A stretch of DNA of 54,252 nt from Seison nebaliae (taxonomy: Eukaryota), in contig JALJEE010001644.1 of assembly GCA_023231475.1 (NCBI GenBank), positions 62,001 to 116,252 of the forward strand, in the 5' to 3' direction. Below the pieces are notes generated by a model. The model saw only the letters and a program-made list of their open reading frames with translations, made no database searches and was not told where the DNA came from. Position 1 is the first letter of the stretch. Every line of letters begins with the position of its first letter. The position numbers and the translations under genes are program-made. Positions 46,965 through 54,252 of this stretch are shown here, piece by piece.

Positions 46965-49900
46965 ATATTAATTTTATTTGAGAACAACATTTTTTGGAAA
47001 ATTTTTTTAATTAAAAATTTCATTTAGTTCGAGACAAAAAATCTATTTGACAATAAACAAGAAAAAATAAATTTATTAACTCGGAAGAAAAATAATTAAT
47101 AAAATTTTCTGGATGAATTTGATTAATTAGAGATGATGCGCTAAATTGACATTGTTTGAAATTGAGGAGATGTTTCATATAAAAAATTAATGAAAATTGA
47201 AGATGAGAAAGAGAGAGAGGCGTTCAATAAAAAATTTTACCGATTTGATTGATGAAAAATTATTTTTCCATCTTTTGTGGAAAAATCATTCGTCAAATGG
47301 AAAAAACGAATAAAAATGTTCGTCGGAAGATATGAAATGAGCGACGACATTTTCCTTTTGAGATATTATTTGCCGTTCTCATCCTCCTTTTGTCTTCTCT
47401 TCCATCAGATGATAGTCGTCATTAATTTATTTCCTTCCCTCGAATGCGCGTTATTCTTTTGTTGATCTTTTGTCTTATAAAGAATTTTAATGGAAATATA
47501 TTCATCTTTATCTCCCAATAATTATCTGCCTTAAAAAAATAAAGTTCCCTTCTACGAATTTCCATATAAACTTCATAGAAATCATTCTTCTTATTATTAT
47601 TGTTCTCATTCAACGAAGTTTTACGAGAAAGGAAATTTATTCAAAAATTTATTTATGATTCTCATTCATTTCATAATTTTGAGAATTCATCTGATTTTCA
47701 AATAGAAGAAATTTGCATATTTATTTCGATGATTCCTCAAAATAATCCTTTCCAATGAGATGCCGCCACAGTCAAGTCGAGTGGGACATGATCGTCAAAT
47801 TCTCCGCACGCATATCCGATTGCAGTTGAAGATGTATGCGGCCAATTCAAATCGATTCTATCTTCAATCATTTCATGATTATTGGAAGTAGTTGTCATCA
47901 TCGTTACTACTCCGCTTCGTCGGACGAATTAATCGAAAGAAAGTAGAATGAAGTGTCGGAAATTTGACTGTTGAATGTTTGGAGACATTCTCTCCGTTCT
48001 ATAGGTAATCAACAGTTCCAACTGACAACTTTCGTTTCTTCTCCTATTCATTCACGAGTCTATTCCCAAAGTGGTTGGAATCGAAATTGAGGAAAAATAA
48101 AAAAAATATTAAAAATTTAACAAAAAAAATTCGGTATCTCATTTTTAGTATTTGTTCATTTGGTATCCCATCGATTAAAGGATAATAAAATAGTCATAAC
48201 GATAATGTAAATGGATGTGTGAAATGTTTTCTCTCATTTCAATTTACACTCTAATTTACTCTAATTTACCACATTTAATTTAATGGAATTGAGTATAGAA
48301 CACAGGAAGGAATTTCAGTCTCAACTCTTTATTACCAATTATTCACTTAACTTCCATTTGTCTTTCTATTATTTCTTTCTCCTTTTCCTTAATTTGTTTA
48401 TTCTCCAAATATATTTTTTATGAAATTTCTCAATTTTAAGTTTTGTCGATTTTATCTCAATAATTTCTTTCATTATTAAGTCGTTGATGTTTAATGACTG
48501 ATAATATTGATGATAATATACTTCAATTCGTCTCTTGAGGAATTTAAAAGAAAAATGTTCAATTGCACGTGTGACTGTTTGAATAAAATATCTGGAATTT
48601 TTTATTATTCATTTTTTTATGGTGAATTTTTGAATTAGAGAAAAATTAGTGAGAACAATTATGAGAAAGATCGAGTATGTTAGAAATTCTTTTTCACAAT
48701 AGATAAACATCAATTGTAATTGATTCTAATCGATTCGAGAAGAAATTCATATTATTTTTGTAATTATACTCATTTTCCGTTTTCGTCACTTCGAGCAAAC
48801 TGTCCAAAACTATGGGAGTCATTAATAGGAAAGGAGGGAAACTAATAAAAAGAAATTAGGATTATTTATTTCATGAGTAGACGGAGAAGTTTGGTTTGTA
48901 TGATTTTCATCTTAAGTACCAGAAAGTTAGAGACTGATTATTATGATATTATTTTGGTTGCAACGAAAATTATTTTGATTGTTGGATGATTAATAATAGA
49001 AATAGGACTATTATTCTGCACATTAAGATTAGGCAGTACATTAATATTTTAGAAGTTATCCACATTAAGTTTCGGTAATTTTTGAATGAAAGTTAATCTC
49101 TAGTAAATTGCCACATTGCATGCATTCATTTCCCGTAGAAACGATACACCTTTCGACATTGATTGTCAGGCAATCAAAAATGAATTTGCCGTTCAATCTC
49201 CAATTTGCCTTCAGGTTATTTATGTAATCTGAAATTGATGCGAGAGCTTGTACTTGATTCACTTTCTCCATTTACTCAAATCGTCCATCCATTTCTAACA
49301 TCATCCGAGTAATACTCATCAACACTCCACCTTTAGAATGTCATCGAATCGTTTCTGGATTGGGGAAGGAGGACTCATATGATGGATATGTTAATTATGG
49401 TGATAATCCGTCATTAGCTAGATTTGAAGAGGTGACGAGAGAAACATCGATTAGTATAATGTAGTTTATGAGCACATTAACCATTTCCAGTGCATTAGAA
49501 GTAGCAAAAGGGGATGTATATCTCATTGTTTGAATATGTTTGTCAAATTGGGAAATTGAATTTGATGTGGCTGAAATAAACAAGAATAAGAATTTTGAAA
49601 AAAATTTTCTTTTTAGTAATTCAATCAAATTATCATCAGATTTTCATCGTTTTATCCACTTTCGTATTTTTGTCCATCTGATTTAAAATGCATCGAAACA
49701 GTATCGTATTCCGAATACAATTGTTTACATAAGGACTCGTTATAGAATATGGAAACAATGAGTAGGAGCGCAACGAATGGATGAATTATTCCGATTTAGC
49801 TATTAGTAATCATTTACGATTTGCTTCAAGAATATTGAGGCGGATATTTCATGGTGTCTACAGGCCCCAAATTTATGATTATGTTACCCTTATTCTGTCT

Positions 49901-52900
49901 ACTTGTGACTCATCGAAAATGAAAATATACTCAGCGGGAAGTCATTTCGAGTATATAATATCCAGTTCTACTACCAAGATATTTCATATTGACATTCCAT
50001 TATTAGATGTTACTATTATTCTAATTCAGAAGATTTTCATTAACGTCAATTTTTTTATTAATTCTATTCACTTATTATTCTTTCTCTCGAACAATTATCA
50101 TCGATTTCAAGTTGTTTTCTTCCCTATAACTTCCATCGAATTCACTAAACAGATTGCAGGAATAACTTTAGCAAGTTACGCTAAAGAAAGTCTAGAAAAC
50201 TTTAATTTGTTAGTTAAATTTGATCGTTATAATCCACACTCAATCCCTTCGAGTCCAATCCTGAATGGATCAATTTTTATCATATCTTTCTCTCCTACGA
50301 CATTCACACTCGCTCCACAGTTTCGTCAAGAAGAGAATCTATGTTTCCCAGAGGTGTGAGTAATTGTATTGATGCGACTTGAGATTGAACGCGATGAAAA
50401 CAACTAGTCAGTTATTGAATAGAAGTGAAAAAAACAAGTAGTTACAACCAATTCATATGTTTTTTATAAAGATAAGTTTTACATATTTCCCAATCTCATT
50501 TCGTATATTCATATACATATTCTCGCATCAAAACTCTATGTACAATTCAGTTACTATTTCGAAAACTTTTAAAGTTTAATCTCCGTTTTCATATTATTCC
50601 ATTTTTATGAATTTTACAAAAAATTCATAAAAAAAAAGTAGTATGCTCAATACAAATCAATTTTTCGTCTTTTTCAAAGTTGTTTCTCATAATTCTTCTA
50701 ATTGTGAAGTCCTGTCCTCTCGACAATGTGAATTAACAGTTACGTAAGTATATTCTCTAATGTCAAGAAAATGATTTATCTTCAATTAAAGTTTTATCCA
50801 AAAGACATGACTTATAAAGAAGAAGATATAAATACTATCGAAATCGTCTATCGTGCTTAGCTTACGTGTTTTCGTCTAGAAAGAATGTTGCGTTCGTTGA
50901 AAGAAATCATTATTACATCTTCACACGTTCGACTTCGTTGCTTGACTTCAACAAACATTCCAGAAATTTCTTCATCTTCCTCATTATCATTATCTTCGTT
51001 GTTTATAATCGGGAAAGGAGTTCTTAAAGGAAATGTTTTCTTTAAGAACTCGTTCCAGTCTAACGAGGTGTGCTTTTGCATAAATAAAGATGTTTAATTT
51101 AAAAACTACAATTTTATTCTCTTCTTCCCTTATTCATCAAGAAAATCTAATAAATTTACAATTGATGATCAAGTGAAGAATAGCTCCAATCGAGCGAAAA
51201 TGTCAGTTCTCTCATCTTCCTTATGTGGATGAAGTTCGTCTAATGTATTTTTGTGGACGAGAGTTAAGTAGTTTTCATTAATAAAAATGAAAACAAAAGA
51301 ATAAGATCATTAACCAACTCTCAATTTTGCACACGTTTCCGAATAATTTATCTTCTGTTATTCGATTATTGATATCTCTTCTGTTGTATTTTCGAATGTT
51401 TTATATTTTTATTTTTATTACTTTTCAAACGCATTTCACTACGTCTCAAACGATTTCCTAATTTGCTTGAAATGAGATTAATATTTTCACCAATTGCCTA
51501 TTGAAGTAAGAGAAATTTGAAAGAATTACTTTCCGTCCAAATGTGTAACGTGCTCATAACAATCCAATTAATCACATTCGAATGGTGCGATCAGATCCAA
51601 TTTACCTTCTCAACTTTTCCTTTATAAGAATAAGAAAAGTTTTCTCGCTTCCGCCTACCAAATATGCCTAGCGGTAACACGTTGCCATCGTGCATCTGAT
51701 GCCATTTCATTTCTCATATAAATATATCATATATGAGATGGTATATATCGATATAAGAAAAATTACACATTTCAACTAAAAATCCAATTTTCCTATAAAA
51801 TTCTATTTCTCAGCGTCCATACCGTTTGAGTGAAAAGTATTGATTTTTTTATCTTCTCAAATATTCACAACTTCTTATGAAGCGACGACGTATTCTGAAG
51901 ATTCTTATGATAAGATCGATATCGCGCTCAACAGAACTTGAAGGCCGTTATGTAATCGATTATCAATTAAGTGCAGTTAATGACTTCGTTAACTTCGATT
52001 TCTCCAATTTCCTTTTTTTTATTCATCAGTCGATTTCTCTTCATTATTTCCCTCGTTACTTGCGGTAAAGACAACGTTAGTGTTTTATGTAAAATGAATA
52101 TGGTCGTGTGTGCAAATGAGAGAAAATATTGACATCTAATTTACTATTTCCTGTCGAGGTGTAATTGGTATCGATTTTAAAGAGAGAGACAATACACTAA
52201 ATTATAATTGATGTATTTCCGATGAATTTCAAATGAAATATCCGTTCGTTAGATGATTTTTATCTTTTAATGATTTTATTGCTCCATAATTGTCTTCTGT
52301 TTCTTTTCCTTATCCGTTTCCCAACTGGAATTCGATTTCCTCTCGCGCAAAATTCCTTTCATAATTTTCATGAAATCCTCATCAAAACAAAAAAGCTTTT
52401 CCATATTTTCATTGTGTTACCGCCATCAATTGCCAACTGACAAAAAAGTTATTTTTTCTTCCTGACGATCTGTTCGCATGACATCGGAAAAATGTCGCGA
52501 TGGTTTGAAGGGCGGTCGACATTTCACTTTCCTTCACATCGACAACATTCATTCGAAAACGTCAGCTAATTGACAAAATAGTTTTTGGGATTTGTTTATC
52601 TTCTTCAAATTTTCCCATTATTCACTTGAACGAATGTGACTGTCGTCCAGATTATGATTTAATTAGAAGTTTCATTAATCAGAATATGGTCTGCTTCAAA
52701 ATAATACGTGATCGTTCACATTAATTCATTAATGTCATCGATTAAGTTTGGTGGAAAAGAAAACATTCTCACTTACTGCTATTTTCCCAGACATTCGTAT
52801 AAAGATCATGATGATCATATATTGGTGAGATCAGGTGAAGTTATTTGAATAGATTAGGGAAAGGTAAATAAGAATTTGCTTGCATAAATTAGAGAACGAT

Positions 52901-53414
52901 GTAGAATCTTATCATTTAATAAATAGACATTCTTTCTTTAATACATTCGTCTCCAATTATGATATTATTCGAATAATTCCAATTCCACCACACGAATAAT
53001 AATAAATTCTTCTCATTGTTCTTCGTTTGTTATCCGATTTCTTCTGGTCAAGTGTCCGAAAGTTAAAGAAGGAAAATACTCTAATTTCAAATAATAATGG
53101 AATGTCGTTTGACTTATAGTCCAATATCTCATGTTTGATAGGACGCAAATAGTAAATACTTTAGAAAATTTCGAAAGTTTCTTTTTGTGGAGTTTCAAAA
53201 ATATTTCTCTTCCTTCTCATTTGTTCTTAGCGATAACACTTAACCGATAATTGTTATGGTCGCAATTTCTCTCAATGTTCATATCTGTTTTCCGTTCTCT
53301 ATTTCCTTATTTCAAAAACTATTCCATAAAACGAAATTTAATATTTTTCTTTTTTTTTCTTTTCAGAATTAAAAATTCGATTTTATTAGAGTAATTCCAT
53401 TAAATCATCGAGAT

Positions 53415-54252
53415 ATGAAACGATATCCAACAATTGAGAATTGCGTGGCAATGCCAAAAAGCATGGATACAATGAATCATGTTTCATCAATTTTTAATGC
53501 GGAAAAACCGTTTCCATGGCAATTGGCGAGTTCAAGTGGTTATTCCAGTGACCATAATTCGGATGATCTCAATTATTTCCTACCAAAAACTCATGTGAAC
53601 GATATGATTGATCAAGCTAAAAGGAGAACATCATCAAATAAATATCCGAATGAATCGAAGGACTCCAACACTGATTCGTTGAATAACCAAAAAAAGAATT
53701 CGTTACATTCATCGTCTTTGCAAATTTCTGAATTGACCAGACGATTCTTAGAAGAGCCGACGATGAAAATGATGAAGTGTTTGAAGGAGAGTTTGAAACA
53801 GAAGAAAGCAATTAAAAACGAAACGATGGAGAGGAAGAATGGTCAATCAGTTTACAATACAATCGATAATAGAAATTATTATTCGCCGACGAAGAATAAT
53901 GAAACTTTTAATATTCAAATGGATTATTTGGAACCATCATTATCATCATGTACAACATCACTATCTTATAAATCGGAAGAAGAAGACGAAGAATTGAATG
54001 AATATGACGATAACATTCTTCCAATTCCATATCCAACAACAATTTATGAAACTGATTTATTTACATCTAAAACGAATAACTCAAATAAATCATCATCAAC
54101 TAACAATTCATTGAAGAACATAAATAATAATTCTCAATTCGCAAAATATTATAATATCGATGAAATTTTAGAAAGTTACAATTCTTTCCTGGTTACCAAC
54201 GGATTATCATCATCTGCATCAACTTCATTCACATCTTCAACCACACAAACTA
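53415..54252 (+). CDS. 5' part of a gene running off the right edge (Ser/Asn-rich, likely disordered N-terminus)
   Basis: 279 codons open from ATG 53415 (MKRYPTIENC..) to the window end, absent from the ORF track because it has no stop; polypyrimidine/TTTCAG acceptor ~50 nt upstream. Confidence 0.7.
   Translation, partial: MKRYPTIENCVAMPKSMDTMNHVSSIFNAEKPFPWQLASSSGYSSDHNSDDLNYFLPKTHVNDMIDQAKRRTSSNKYPNESKDSNTDSLNNQKKNSLHSSSLQISELTRRFLEEPTMKMMKCLKESLKQKKAIKNETMERKNGQSVYNTIDNRNYYSPTKNNETFNIQMDYLEPSLSSCTTSLSYKSEEEDEELNEYDDNILPIPYPTTIYETDLFTSKTNNSNKSSSTNNSLKNINNNSQFAKYYNIDEILESYNSFLVTNGLSSSASTSFTSSTTQT

Noticed and set aside
49781..51097. ORFs 49781-50359 (+), 50857-51081 (-) and 50885-51097 (+)
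   Set aside because: No family motifs or convincing exon chain; hydrophobic I/F/S-rich composition is what random AT-rich DNA yields.

Overview
AT-rich, very compact eukaryotic (animal) genomic DNA, not prokaryotic. About 20 genes are split by short GT-AG introns (mostly 43-60 nt), so the ORF track fragments them; I rebuilt the gene models by hand from reading-frame continuity. Recognisable genes are ataxin-3, WDR61/SKI8, cytosolic TyrRS, a DCDC1-like doublecortin/ricin protein, WDR31, two tandem Cys-loop anion-channel subunits, U1A/U2B''/SNF, NDUFA7 and one 5S rRNA gene. Also present are a catalytically dead neprilysin-like gene, a Ly6/uPAR-like + FN2 secreted protein, a putative peptide precursor, three tandem orphan membrane proteins, a MITE and a LINE relic. 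Two observations stand out. (1) The 5' splice-site code is shifted: 28 of 29 frame-verified introns start GTT and none starts GTAAG. (2) A TAF11 histone fold is spliced onto a ~1000-aa lysine/serine-rich, H1-tail/protamine-like region, and this gene shares a 180-bp bidirectional promoter containing an RFX X-box with WDR31. The species cannot be established from the window alone (small, genome-reduced invertebrate). All family assignments are from recalled motifs, not database searches.
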